DNA of 64,000 bases, from contig NC_068985.1 in assembly GCF_001194135.2 (NCBI RefSeq), positions 49,495,137-49,559,136 of the forward strand, given 5' to 3'. The stretch comes from Octopus bimaculoides (Eukaryota). Position numbers and translations under genes: made by a program. A model generated the notes under the pieces. The model was not told the origin of the DNA. It saw only the letters and a list, made by a program, of their open reading frames with translations, and made no database searches. Positions 1 through 14,188 of this stretch are shown here, piece by piece. Every line of letters begins with the position of its first letter. Position 1 is the first letter of the stretch.

Positions 1-515
1 AATATTTTTCAGTCATCAGACTAAATGCATTACACTACCGAGTTTTGGTGCCGACAGGTTTCAGCATTCAAATACCGCTGTCTATGTTAGCTTCCTGTTT
101 TGTGTCTCCAACCCACCTCCTGCACTCTATGAAAGCGATACCAGTAAGGTAGACACATATCCACTGCAGTATGAAGATAGATATTTATTCAAAGAACTTT
201 CTACCTATACAACATAGGTAAAACAGATGAATAAAAATCAATATTTACTAAAGCGTCAAGCTATCTCTTCTTCCACATTTCTTGCAGCATGTGTTGAATT
301 CTAGTAGGTGTGTTTATGAGAGTGAGAGAGAGAGAGAGAGAGAAAATGAAAGAATAAGAAAGACTACCAAAGACATTGAGAAAGAGAACCATGTACTAAC
401 GAGTTTAACCAAATGATAGAAAATATATTAGTATGCATACATGTAATATACATACTGTGTATTGTCTGTGTATAATCTACTCTATGCTGTATTGAATGCT
501 CTTATTTCTGTTCAT

Positions 516-551
<36 letters not shown>

Positions 552-1030
552 CATGAGATGCTTATATATATACACAGTTTCAGCAGTACCCTTGAGTGCT
601 ACTGTCCTTTATATCTGAAGGTATGTCCATTCACTGCTAAATTGAAATTCCATTTTGGGTGAATGCACAAGAATGGAGTTACTGTTCAGGAGACCCTTGA
701 CAAAATACTATGCTCCATTTACAACAAAAAAAATTCAAAAGAAAGTCAGGACTGGGGTCCCACAGTAGAAACGCCATCAATGCTGTAACAGGCAAATGTT
801 GGCAATAAGAAAACAGTTACGCTCAAAATAGAGCTGATAACCTCCATATGTGCACATGTGTGTGTATACATGCACATGCACACAGTTATTGTGATTTCAA
901 AGTTTTGCTCAGAATGGTTTTACATTCTCAGTGAAACTTTAAAGTTACAGTCACAATAAAACTTTAGACTCCATTTTGGTTTTGAGTCACTTTTGAGTTA
1001 CTATTATTTGCAATTTTTCATCTCTTTTAA

Positions 1031-1260
1031 CTCTTTGCCTGTCCTGTGTATCTTGTGACACCTAGGACATATTGCCATGGTGTCCATGCATCATATATGA
1101 TACAAATTCCCAATTTTTTCAATCAACAGAGGATCTTGGGTTGTATTAAAAGAAAGCTTTATGTTACTCAGAATATATAAAATAAGGGTTAACTAAAAGT
1201 CTGGAAACAAGCATGAATGTCTAGAATAAACTTATGAAAATGCTTTGGACAGGAAAAGGG
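1031..1260. mobile_element. piggyBac-type MITE
   Basis: TTAA|CTCTTTGCCTGTCC ... GGACAGGAAAAGGG|TTAA; the TIRs match at 12/14. Confidence 0.8.
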
Positions 1261-2685
1261 TTAAAAACACCTAATTCCAAATATTATTATCATCATCATG
1301 TTACAGCTGCTTTCTATTCTGACATGGGTTGAACAGTTTTATAGGATCTAAGAAGTCAGAGGACTATTTTATGCTCCAACGTTTTAGTTTTGGCATAATT
1401 TCTATGGCTGGATGCCATTTCTAATGCCAACTACTTTATAGAGTGTACTAAGTGCATTTTTTCAGAGCACCAACATTAGTGAGGTCATCTTGTAGCTTGC
1501 AAACCTAAAGAGCCCCCATGATTGGAAGAAGAAAATGAGAAAGTGATTTTACATGAGGTGGGGTATGAGGGTTAAAGTATGAAGGTACACCCATTTACTA
1601 CTAAACTGATTTATAGTTGTGAGAAAGTGGGAGTGGGGAAAGTAACAGAGAAGATATTGTTGAGGGAGGAAGTATCGAAGGAACAGGGGAAAGAGGAAAG
1701 GATTAGTGCCAGGAGTTGATCAGAAAGAGAGGGACAGAGTGGTTACAGTGAGGAAGTTGGTTGTGTAGGGAGAATTCGGTGTCACCTCATTTTAGAAAAT
1801 ATCCAGAGAGGGTCAGTGAATAAGAGTTGTGGCGGTCATGGGAGTAGGCCAGAGAGGGAGAAATGAGAGTTCTGGTTGTGGAGAAGCTAGAGGGAGAGGA
1901 CAATGAGAAGAGGGGAAAAAAGCAGTGGGGCGATGGGACAGTGACTGAATGTAGAGAGAGCAATGACAGAGAGGCTGGAGAGTACCATAAAGGTGAAGGT
2001 AGGGAAGAGTAGAGGATGAATGTAGAGAAGCATGTTGAATGGGGTGGCTGTGGGGATAAGACAGTGAAAGAGAGGCAGGAGCAGGGAGTAGTGGGTGAGT
2101 GCAGCAAGAACATCTCAGTCAAGTTTTGAAATCATCGAAACATATCAAAGATATGTATAGTGGGAAGGAAACTAAGAAGAAAGACACTGGGAAAAAGAGT
2201 TTAGCAAAGGGTGAAGTATAAAAGAAAGACTCTTATACTCCTCTTTTTATACAGAGAGCAAATGGATAAGTTTTGGGTTAGTATATGATGAGAAAATATT
2301 AGCTTATAGGGAAGGGAAGTAACTAATATCAACGTTTAAGTCATGAGAGAATTTATGAAAATACTGAGTAAATTCAAAAGTTTATGATTAAAATTTAACT
2401 AGTTTTGAAGTGTATTTCTTTTTAATTGCTTTGTCTAGAAGAACTGTAGTAGCCTTAGCTGTTGCAAACCCTCAAAGATTGGTCAAGATGGTGTAGTTAA
2501 TGCTATAAGAGGTGACAAAAAGGTTGGCTTCAGGAAGGGCATCCTTCTGTGAGATTCTGCCTCAAAAACCCAGGCATTTATGTACATGTATGTATATATA
2601 AATATGTGTGTGTATATGTGTATGTATACACATACACACACACATGCATACATACATACATACATACATACATACATAACATGTT

Positions 2686-2719
<34 letters not shown>

Positions 2720-4026
2720 ACACATGCATACATATATACATAAAATGATGATTATATATATATGTATATATTTATTTATTTATATATTTAGTAGATAGAT
2801 AATGGTGCAGAAAGAGAAAATAGGTAGATAGATAAATATTTAAAATGATAAAGAAGGAAAATCTAAGACAGATTACTATTCTGGTGTGGACAAATTCTTC
2901 ACATCATTACCGCTATACTAATTCACCAATTTCCTAAATTCGTGACAATTCAGTGGAAATATTTCAAATAAAATTATATCCAGAGGAAACCAAATTGAAA
3001 TAAAATAAAGCTAGTCTATTAGTGTGATATATAGTACCATTATTGATTGGTTACTTTGAAGGCGTTTAGTGAATGATAGTAGTTTTGTCCAAGCTGTGAG
3101 CGAATACCAATATACTGTGTTTTGTATGAAGATTTTATGTGTTTCACCGAACATTGATTGTTGTTGTTGCTGCTAAACGTTATGTAGAACTGCAATGTTG
3201 CTGGTATTTTGTTTTTTCATGTCTCATCAAACACACACAAAGAGATATATATGAAACTATATATATATATAGAGAGAGATATAAACGTGTATGTGTGTAT
3301 ACACACACAACAATAAATGATAGTTGAAGAGGGTAATTTGTTACATATCTCACTGAGACCTGTACTATTAATGAAATAAGTGAAGCGGTTCTAACTGGAA
3401 ATTGAAACCAACTAAAATTCGTACCATACCATCTTGTTATTGACTAAGAAGACCTTTGATGAATGATATTCCATCTGAGACCATTCTTTTTTTGGGGGGG
3501 GGCGGTGAATATTTAGCATCACATCATCTAATATGCTTTCCATTCTCTTTAGTTATCATATTTCAGTTGAAATTGTTTCCAATTAATTTTGAAAATAATT
3601 AGGAATTTAGAGACATAACTTTAGCTTAATTCAGCTGGTGTTTGGGACATAAATTAACATGAAGTTTTAATGAAAGGTTCAAATTTAAATAACTTTAAAA
3701 CAAGAAGGTTGTATCATAGAACCAAAAACAGTCTCAGGCTGGTTGATATCAAAAAGATTATAATGTTAGTCGGTGATTAAAGAGAGATTTGGCTGTTATT
3801 TCTAGGAGGTCAACAGATCATGTAATAGGTCCCTATGATTTGATACATTTTGATTTTCTATTCTTTTGTTTATGTTCTCTNNNNNNNNNNNNNNNNNNNN
3901 NNNNNNNNNNNNNNNNNNNNNNNNNNNNNNNNNNNNNNNNNNNNNNNNNNNNNNNACACACACACACACACACACACATCTCTCTCTTCCTCTCTCACAT
4001 TCTCTCTTTCTCTCTCTGTATATATA

Positions 4027-4500
4027 CAGAGGTTGGACAAAATAATAGAAACACCTTAAAATTTCAAACAAATTTATTTTAATATGGGGTACGACTGCCT
4101 TTGGAAGTAATTACTGCTTGAATTCTATGTGGTATGGACTCGTATGAAGTTTGAATTGTTTCCAAAGGAATTTTTGTCCATTCTTCAGCTAAAACAGTCT
4201 CCAGTTCTTGTAGTGATGATGGTGGAGGATATCGACACCTTACTTGTTTTTTTTAAAATGCACCATAAATGTTCAATAATATTGAGATCTGGGGACTGTG
4301 GTGGCCAGATAAGACATTCAACTTCACTAGAATGTTCCTCGTGCCATTCAGTAACAACTTTAGTCGTGTGAATTGGTGCATTATCATCCTGAAAGATTGC
4401 GTTTCCTTCCGGAAACAGTTCCACAACCATAAGTTAAATTTGATCAGGTAAAATGCTTAAATAGTCTTGACTATTAATTCTTCCATGAAGGGAAACCATT
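4027..4500 (-). mobile_element. Tc1-like transposon 3' remnant with DD36E spacing and one TIR
   Basis: The minus strand encodes FQDDNAPIHT...WPPQSPDLNIIEHLW, with 36 residues between D and E. After a frameshift in an A-run it continues KQVRCRYPPPSSLQELETVLAEEWTKIPLETIQ...GSRTPY*. The terminus is TA|CAGAGGTTGGACAAAATAATAGAAACACC at 4025-4055. Confidence 0.9.
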
Positions 4501-4729
4501 GGGTAGTTTTACATTCAAAGATGAATGGAATGAAAATTCCCTTACTTGAAAAACAGGTAGGAGTTTTGTAGTAGGAGTAACATTCAGCTATAAAACAATA
4601 CCTCAACAATATGTATTCACCTAAATCATTCTAGCTAGCATGGAAAAACAAGTCAAAAAACAAATGAATGAATTGGAGAAGCATGCAGCAGAGAACACAA
4701 GGTAAACTACCAGGTAGTGCTAGATATGT

Positions 4730-5112
4730 TGTTGGCACTCCGTTGCTTACAACGACGAGGGTTCCAGTTGATCCGATCAACAGAACAGCCTGCTCATGAA
4801 ATTAACATGCAAGTGACTGAGCACTCCACAGACACGTGTACCCTTAACGTAGTTCTCGGGGATATTCAGCATGACACAGAGTGTGACAAGGCTGGCTCTT
4901 TGAATTACAGGCAGAACAGAAACAGGAAGTAAGAGTGAGAGAAAGTTGTGGTGAAAGAATACAGCAGGGTTCGCCACCATCCCCTGCTGGAGCCATGTGG
5001 AGCTTTAGGTGTTTTCGCTCAATAAACACTCACAACGCCCGGTCTGGGAATCGAAACCGCGATCCTATGACCGCGAGTCCGCTGCCCTAGCCACGGGGCC
5101 ATTGCTCTTCCA
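4730..5112 (-). mobile_element. SINE-D: CpG-rich tRNA-derived SINE with RTE-like tail
   Basis: The minus-strand head GGAAGAGCAATGGCCCCGTGGCTAGGGCAGCGGACTCGCGGTCATAGGATCGCGGTTTCGATTCCC carries A/B boxes. The 3' end is CGGAGTGCCAACAAC. Confidence 0.8.
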
Positions 5113-5744
5113 CTTGTGCTAGATATAGTTACAAGCTAAACTAACTTCAGCTTAACACATCACTATCCACAGGAGCTTTGAAGTAATTAGAAGGTATATT
5201 TTTAAAATCTTTGTGAGATATTCAGTGATAATTTTTTTAACAAGGGACCTCCAAGCTTTATATAAGTTAGTGTTTCATCAAGTTTAAATCTGACACTGCT
5301 TTTAGGCAAATCAAGTTCATGAAAATTGTTGATGTTGTTGTCCATGAGTGGACGTGTCTTTGCAGAATATTGGAAATGAATGGCATTGCTTGTTTGACAG
5401 TGACACTCCTTTACATCTATCATGCGATGTCAAGACAAGGAGACACAAATATAAAACACACACAAATACAAATATATGATAGGCTATTTCAGTTTCGATC
5501 TTCCAAATCTGCTTGCAAGGCATTGTTTGATCTGGGGCAATAGTAGAAGACACTTGTTCAAGGTGCCATTGTAGTAGGACTGAACCCAAAACCATCTGGT
5601 TAAGAGGAAAACTTCTTAACCACACAGCCGTGCTTACACTTCTTGTTCGAAATTGACATAAACCAAAATGTTGAGTAAATTACTGGATATAGCAAGTAGA
5701 AAGAGATCTGTCTCTACATCCCTTTGTGTGTATGCATGTGCTCG

Positions 5745-5797
<53 letters not shown>

Positions 5798-6364
5798 TCT
5801 ATATACATGTGTGTGTGGTGGGGAGAAAGGATTGGTCCACACCATCAACCTCTTAACTTGATTGGTACTTTATCAACCCTAAAAGAGTGAAAGGCGATGT
5901 TGACCTTGGTGGGATATGAACTCAGATTGTAAAGATCCAGATGAAATACTGCAAATCTTATATTCATTATTAACATACAAGAGAAAAAGTATGTGATATT
6001 ATGGTCATGGTATAATAATTCATTTTGATTGATCTAGTTGTCTGTTAGTTAGAAGTTTCCTTAACATCTAAATGGTTCATCAAACATAACAGAATAGATT
6101 CCTATTTATTCCAGCTTGGATGACAGGGAAGTTACAGAGCAATAGACTAGATCAGCCAAAATAAATTCATAATTCATTCATTCATTTTTACACCTGTTTT
6201 TGCATACTAGCATGGGTTAGAAAAATATATTATTAAGGCACTATGTTGCGGCTGGATGCCCTTCATGTCTCTAACTCTCACATGTTTTTTGAGAAAGGGA
6301 TCTCTTATTCCCTAAGTGTAGAGCCATATCACAGAGAAATGTAAATAAACACACAGACACATGT

Positions 6365-6459
<95 letters not shown>

Positions 6460-6830
6460 TACATTTATATGAGGAACTTCTTTGAGTTTCTGTCAAACAA
6501 ATCCACTCACAAAGCTTTGGTTGGCCCAGGATTATAGCGGAAGACATTTGCCTCAGATACCATACAGGAGGACTGAACACAAAACTACTTGGCTAGGAAG
6601 TGAACTTCTTAACCACACAGCCATGCCTGTGTGTGTATGTGTGTAAATGATGAGAAAGTACTCAATATAGATTTTGAGCAAGAAATAGGTAGTGTGGAGT
6701 TGTGACACAGTGAAACATGAATATAAATGAATGAATATGCACACATACAGAATGGCTCAGAATTCAAGCTACCATTTAATATATTTGTATGTATTAAATG
6801 ATAAAGTGATTTCTGGGCCACCTGTGTATG

Positions 6831-6865
<35 letters not shown>

Positions 6866-6873
<8 letters not shown>

Positions 6874-7015
6874 ATAATAACAACAAATGGAGCAAAACGC
6901 ATGTCGATGAAAGTTCCTTTAATTCCTACATATATGTTTCGAAACATATATGTAGGAATTAAAGGAACTTTCATCGACATGCGTTTTGCTCCACTTGTTG
7001 TTATTATCCATATAT
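6866..7015. repeat. Spacerless 150-bp palindrome (75-bp arms, 1 mismatch)
   Basis: 6871-6940 is the reverse complement of 6941-7010 except at one base, and the match extends 5 bp into flanking ATATA. The centre is TTC|GAA. Confidence 0.97.
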
Positions 7016-7477
7016 TCTCAAAATGTATCACGTTAACTCGGTATATCAACCTGTAAAACGGCTGGGATATCTTGTTTTTTAGTGTAATTTTGCTACCCAT
7101 GGTAACTATTAACGTATTCAAATTATCGAAAGTTTCAATAACTGAGATAATATTAATACACATAAAATTATATATATATATATATATATAGTGATTGTAA
7201 GCTGTTGATGAACTAAAAGAGCAACATCAGTTTGATTCCTAGTTTGCATTATGCTATCCCTACCTTTACCATTTTAAGCAGGCAACGGAGGAAGTAGTTG
7301 CTAAGACAGATCGAAATTGGGTCGCAATCTGGGTTCACTAAGAATGAATACTCACCAACCCCTATCTACACATGTTACACTGCATTCCTCAGCATGCACA
7401 TGCAACACACACACACTCACACATAGCAGTATGTAGGTATTGATGCACTCACCTCACTCTCTTTCTTTGTTTCAAAC

Positions 7478-7509
<32 letters not shown>

Positions 7510-7522
7510 ATGTATGTATGTA

Positions 7523-7599
<77 letters not shown>

Positions 7600-7609
7600 N
7601 NNNNNNNNN

Positions 7610-7647
<38 letters not shown>

Positions 7648-8106
7648 ATGCACTCATATTTGCATATACATACATGTGCAGCACAAATAAATACACTAAA
7701 ATATGCATAAGCATACATTTCTGTTTGCACACACATACACACGCGTGCATGTATGTATGTATGTGTGTGTGTGTGTGTGTGACCATATATATATACATAT
7801 ATATACACACACACTCACCTATTTCCACATACAAAAACATGTAGACTACTCTTCATTCATCAACATACTTCTCTCTCGTGTGTGTGTGTGTGTGTGCGTG
7901 CGCGTGTGTAAGCGTTGTGATGCTTGAAATTACAGCACTAATTAGTCAAGCTGTTTGTAGCTAGCAGTAGCTCGCAGCATGCTGTGACTCCAAGCCAGGG
8001 TTCATTTTTGATTGATTCTTATCCCAACTAATGAGAAAGATTTACACTTCATCCCTTCAAATGAAGAAGACCAACACCTCACATCCTTTTAGTTTTGCCC
8101 TTATAG

Positions 8107-8174
8107 ACTGGTTCCCTTTTACCCAAACTAAGAAATCCCTATAAATATATAGACTCCAGAAATAGATTGTACAG
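8107..8174 (+). CDS. Candidate small exon: TGSLLPKLRNPYKYIDSRNRLY
   Basis: Acceptor TTTTGCCCTTATAG|A, donor ACAG|GTGAGT. It is 68 nt with one open frame (phase 0 to 2) and could equally be a non-coding exon. Confidence 0.35.
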
Positions 8175-8433
8175 GTGAGTGTACTTGAATTGGAATATAA
8201 ATACACACATGCACAACTTTAAGTGCTTTTAAAGAAGTAGGTATGATAACAACTGGGAATATTTAATAGGAATGTAGACAGAGAGTAAGAGAGATAGAGG
8301 GACTGATATGCAACTAATCATACATGAATGTGTGCACATGTGTATGTATGTATGTATGTATGTATGTATGTATGTATAGACAGAGAAGAGGGATAGAGGG
8401 AGATAGGGGAGAGGGAGAGAGAAAGAGAGATAC

Positions 8434-8485
<52 letters not shown>

Positions 8486-8502
8486 GGATAGATAGACAGA
8501 TG

Positions 8503-8562
<60 letters not shown>

Positions 8563-9006
8563 CACCTGCATCTTAATGCATGTGTGTGTGTGTGTGTGTG
8601 ATTAGAAAATACAATGAATTAACTAGAATAACTCAAGTGGTCCAATAGTGTGAATATAGATAAATAAGTTAAGCAGTGATGTACTGGATGACATATACAT
8701 AAAAATTTACAACTAATTGAAATTTCCCTCTAAGTCGGAAAAAGAAACAAAACTAGCCATAATTGTAAATAAAGAGGAGAAATAATATTAAGAAATCAGC
8801 ATTTAATTCCACAGAATTAATTTACATATTAACTATTTGTTTGTCCAAAGCATTTTCAGGAGGTTGCCCTAAACATCCATGTTTGTGTCTGAACTTTTTA
8901 TTTGTCCTTTATTTCATTAGTTCTGAGTAATATAAAGCTTTCCTTTCATAAGTCTCTAGTTACTCCAGTAGGAAATATGTCCTGTGTTAAGCAAAGAAGA
9001 GGGATA

Positions 9007-9049
9007 ACTATGAACATGTTTCTGGTTTATTGGACATCATCAGCAAAGC
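9007..9049 (-). ncRNA. Degenerate minimal hammerhead ribozyme
   Basis: The minus strand reads GCUUUG-CUGAUGA-UGUCCAAUAAACCA-GAAAC-AU-GUU-CAUAGU. Both core boxes are intact, stem III is palindromic (ACAUGU), stem I has one mismatch and stem II is weak. Confidence 0.45.
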
Positions 9050-10084
9050 ATATTCAAATTCAAACCTGCTTGATCAGTTGAAATGGGGCTTTTATATTGA
9101 AAATGTTACAAAAACTTTGTAGTAATTCAAAACATAAATGCCTTGATGAAATGAATTAAAAAGTGTCCAGTGAGGATCACATACTCCTGGACATTTAAAA
9201 TCATCATCATTATCTTTTAACATTCGCCGTCCATGCTGGCATGGGTTGGATGGTTTGACCAGGGCTGGTTAACTGAGGAGCTGTACCAGGCTCCAGTCTG
9301 ATTTGGAGTCTGGTACAGCCTCTCAGCTTAGAATATTCTTTCTTAATATCTTTCTCAATCAGACGGTACTTTTTAATGCATACAAAAGTACCTAATTTGT
9401 TCACTTGCTATCTACAATGCAACCTCAGGGGACAGGGGAATTTGTATCTTTCTATACTGGCTGAAAAAGTGTATGGTTAGAGAAAGATCTAAAATGTCCT
9501 GAGATTTCAGTGTAAGGTAAATATACACATATTTTCTTTATATTGCCAAATTCTTTATTCTCTATTTAGGTATTGATTTCAAATCAACATTCATCATAGT
9601 ATCACCAAATTTCTAATTAGTCTGAGAGGACTCTTAGTAAATAATTGTTTCAATTAGATAAATGTATGGTTCACTCCACACACAGAGAAAGAGAGAGAAA
9701 TATATGTATATATATCTGATGGTGTAGGCATGATCTGCAAACATGAAACTTGAAGTAATGTGTAACTTAGTCAACATGTTATTAAACACATACAATTCAC
9801 ATTAAATGTGTTTAGTGCTACATTTTTCATATGTACACACATACACAGAGGCAGACAGATATGAAGGTGTATGTTTGTGTGTGCTTATATGTATCATCAT
9901 CATCATCGTTTAACGTCCACCTTCCATGCTGGCATGGGTGGGACAATGTATATATTTTATAAACAAACTTTGTGTTTGGTATTTTACAGACAAGAAAGTA
10001 AATTTCAAACGCAGTAAAGCAGTAAGAAAGGCAATGAAAGATTGGGTATTTATCCTTACAAGATGGAATAAAGTTGCCAGCAGG

Positions 10085-10132
<48 letters not shown>

Positions 10133-11964
10133 AACATGTAAGAGAGAGAAGAGTGGTGCAATTTGGTGGAAATGGTGCTGAGTAGTACTTAATGCATTAC
10201 AAAATCTAATCTATAGAAATCAAATCCCACCAAGGCCAACTTTACTAATCCTCATCCCTGGATAACATAATATTCAGCAAATGTATTAAGTTAAATTCTC
10301 ATTTATCTCCAACCCACNNNNNNNNNNNNNNNNNNNNNNNNNNNNNNNNNNNNNNNNNNNNNNNNNNNNNNNNNNNNNNNNNNNNNNNNNNNNNNNNNNN
10401 NNNNNNNNNNNNNNNNNNNNNNNNNNNNNNNNNNNNNNNNNNNNNNNNNNNNNNNNNNNNNNNNNNNNNNNNNNNNNNNNNNNNNNNNNNNNNNNNNNNN
10501 NNNNNNNNNNNNNNNNNNNNNNNNNNNNNNNNNNNNNNNNNNNNNNNNNNNNNNNNNNNNNNNNNNNNNNNNNNNNNNNNNNNNNNNNNNNNNNNNNNNN
10601 NNNNNNNNNNNNNNNNNNNNNNNNNNNNNNNNNNNNNNNNNNNNNNNNNNNNNNNNNNNNNNNNNNNNNNNNNNNNNNNNNNNNNNNNNNNNNNNNNNNN
10701 NNNNNNNNNNNNNNNNNNNNNNNNNNNNNNNNNNNNNNNNNNNNNNNNNNNNNNNNNNNNNNNNNNNNNNNNNNNNNNNNNNNNNNNNNNNNNNNNNNNN
10801 NNNNNNNNNNNNNNNNNNNNNNNNNNNNNNNNNNNNNNNNNNNNNNNNNNNNNNNNNNNNNNNNNNNNNNNNNNNNNNNNNNNNNNNNNNNNNNNNNNNN
10901 NNNNNNNNNNNNNNNNNNNNNNNNNNNNNNNNNNNNNNNNNNNNNNNNNNNNNNNNNNNNNNNNNNNNNNNNNNNNNNNNNNNNNNNNNNNNNNNNNNNN
11001 NNNNNNNNNNNNNNNNNNNNNNNNNNNNNNNNNNNNNNNNNNNNNNNNNNNNNNNNNNNNNNNNNNNNNNNNNNNNNNNNNNNNNNNNNNNNNNNNNNNN
11101 NNNNNNNNNNNNNNNNNNNNNNNNNNNNNNNNNNNNNNNNNNNNNNNNNNNNNNNNNNNNNNNNNNNNNNNNNNNNNNNNNNNNNNNNNNNNNNNNNNNN
11201 NNNNNNNNNNNNNNNNNNNNNNNNNNNNNNNNNNNNNNNNNNNNNNNNNNNNNNNNTATATATATATATATGAACAATTGCAGCGTGGAAGGTGTTTATA
11301 AGCCATTTAAAAACACACACACAAAAACCATTAGATTCACTTCAACATTTAAATTTAATATGCCAAAATATTTTCGTTGCTTTGAGACCGCGACCTGTTC
11401 ACTGACAAAATTCCATGCTGCATATATATATATATGTAAGATAAATCTATTTACAGATGATATATATATATATACAACACACATAACTTCCTATAAGCCA
11501 AAAGCATACCTTGGTCACTCAATCTGCAAGAAACAGCAACCAAATCTCTTCTCGATTACATTCTAAGATTTTGCAAAATGGAAGGACACATTAGGTAATG
11601 GTAATCTGTGAAAACAGACAGTGTAATCACATTCAAATGCCTTTAATTTTAAGCCAACTTGCTCATAATCAACCTGGGATGGAAAGGCGACAACAGCAGC
11701 AGCAGCAGCAATATAACTTTCTAGTCGAAAGGTATCTTTGCTATTGCTCATGAATGCATGAAACATGCTGTGTTCATTCATGTTACGCTAGCATTGAGAA
11801 TGAATGGAATATAAATACTATAAGAGTGTCAGAAAGAAACAGGTAGCATTAATAAATATGGGCTTTCTTCCTTGTTTTTGTTTTTTTTAATAATGATGCA
11901 CAACATTGTACAGCAAAATCAAAATCGAGAAATTGAATATTTAGAGGTGAAAGGGAAAATTTTA

Positions 11965-12050
<86 letters not shown>

Positions 12051-13024
12051 NNNNNNNNNNNNNNNNNNNNNNNNNNNNNNNNNNNNNNNNNNNNNNNNNN
12101 NNNNNNNNNNNNNNNNNNNNNNNNNNNNNNNNNNNNNNNNNNNNNNNNNNNNNNNNNNNNNNNNNNNNNNNNNNNNNNNNNNNNNNNNNNNNNNNNNNNN
12201 NNNNNNNNNNNNNNNNNNNNNNNNNNNNNNNNNNNNNNNNNNNNNNNNNNNNNNNNNNNNNNNNNNNNNNNNNNNNNNNNNNNNNNNNNNNNNNNNNNNN
12301 NNNNNNNNNNNNNNNNNNNNNNNNNNNNNNNNNNNNNNNNNNNNNNNNNNNNNNNNNNNNNNNNNNNNNNNNNNNNNNNNNNNNNNNNNNNNNNNNNNNN
12401 NNNNNNNNNNNNNNNNNNNNNNNNNNNNNNNNNNNNNNNNNNNNNNNNNNNNNNNNNNNNNNNNNNNNNNNNNNNNNNNNNNNNNNNNNNNNNNNNNNNN
12501 NNNNNNNNNNNNNNNNNNNNNNNNNNNNNNNNNNNNNNNNNNNNNNNNNNNNNNNNNNNNNNNNNNNNNNNNNNNNNNNNNNNNNNNNNNNNNNNNNNNN
12601 NNNNNNNNNNNNNNNNNNNNNNNNNNNNNNNNNNNNNNNNNNNNNNNNNNNNNNNNNNNNNNNNNNNNNNNNNNNNNNNNNNNNNNNNNNNNNNNNNNNN
12701 NNNNNNNNNNNNNNNNNNNNNNNNNNNNNNNNNNNNNNNNNNNNNNNNNNNNNNNNNNNNNNNNNNNNNNNNNNNNNNNNNNNNNNNNNNNNNNNNNNNN
12801 NNNNNNNNNNNNNNNNNNNNNNNNNNNNNNNNNNNNNNNNNNNNNNNNNNNNNNNNNNNNNNNNNNNNNNNNNNNNNNNNNNNNNNNNNNNNNNNNNNNN
12901 NNNNNNNNNNNNNNNNNNNNNNNNNNNNNNNNNNNNNNNNNNNNNNNNNNNNNNNNNNNNNNNNNNNNNNNNNNNNNNNNNNNNNNNNNNNNNNNNNNNN
13001 NNNNNNNNAGAACATCTATCCCCT

Positions 13025-13065
<41 letters not shown>

Positions 13066-14131
13066 CATCTATCCATATACACATGTGTACTGGGTGCTCA
13101 TGTACTGAAACAGATTCAGAAAAATATACACACATATACACACACACTACACACATACACACACATACACACACACTACATACACACACACACACACTAC
13201 ATACACACACACACACACACACACACACTATACACACACACACACTCACACACACACATATATATATACACACACACACACACGCACATATACAGACAGG
13301 TAAATAGAAAGAGAGACATATCTTTTCTCTTAGTATAAATTATCATACATACATACACAAACAAAAACACAAGCATATACACGCACACACATTCACACAC
13401 ACATATTCACATACACACATATCTAATTATTATAAATATTCTCAAGTGGTGTGCAAGAGGAAGACTGAAGCAGCACAGACATAGAGGTATATATTTACAC
13501 ACAAACGCACATACACGGGTAAATATACATATGCATACACTTAAAGAAATCATACATATTTCCATGCACACACACACACACACACACACACAAATACACA
13601 CACAAATACACTTGTGCAGTTTCATACTGACATATGTTCATACACATACACACAGGTGTGTATGTATGTGTATATATGTATATAGGACACAAAGGCATAT
13701 ATACATAAATGGGTACACAGCTACAATCAAACACACACATACAGACACATATATACTTAATAAAGAAAATGGAAAGAATGGAGAATTTCACACATTCAGT
13801 AGAATAGGCGAATGTTAACCTGTAACACCTTTGTAAAAATCTCGCTTTGAACTGTTGCCAGAATTTTAAGAAGCAAGCTGTGCCATTCATCATGTGACTG
13901 GTCCCTATTTTCTAGGGGAACATATACTTATACATTAATAGGATCATCGATTGCATTGATTCTAAATATACAGTGATACACAGAAATACAGATGCATATG
14001 TAAACAGATATACAAATGCACACATTCTAATGTGTGTGTATGTGTGTATATAAATATACATATATATATGTATGTATATATATATATATGCATATACAGA
14101 TATGTGTATATGTATGTGAATATACATGCAT

Positions 14132-14188
<57 letters not shown>

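Noticed and set aside
13-148. Possible plus-strand exon whose frame HQTKCITLPSFGADRFQ faintly recalls the SMAD MH1 motif TKCITIPRSLDGRLQ
   Set aside because: The similarity is limited to about 6 residues, the downstream MH1 motif (HVIYCR.WRWPD) is absent, and the acceptor is cut by the window edge.
4730-5112. tRNA genes at the SINE heads (also 18071, 59128, 63797)
   Set aside because: They have A/B boxes but no complete cloverleaf or acceptor stem, and they run straight into SINE bodies.
6609-7163. 184-aa minus-strand ORF containing a repeated peptide
   Set aside because: The repeat comes from reading through the palindrome and (TA)n/(CA)n tracts; there is no recognisable domain.
10286-13338. 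Long ORFs of 324-488 aa, and similar ORFs at 22581-23502, 30512-31277, 48872-49441, 55731-57240 and 58493-58807
   Set aside because: They are runs of X across N-gaps flanked by microsatellite translations and carry no real coding information.
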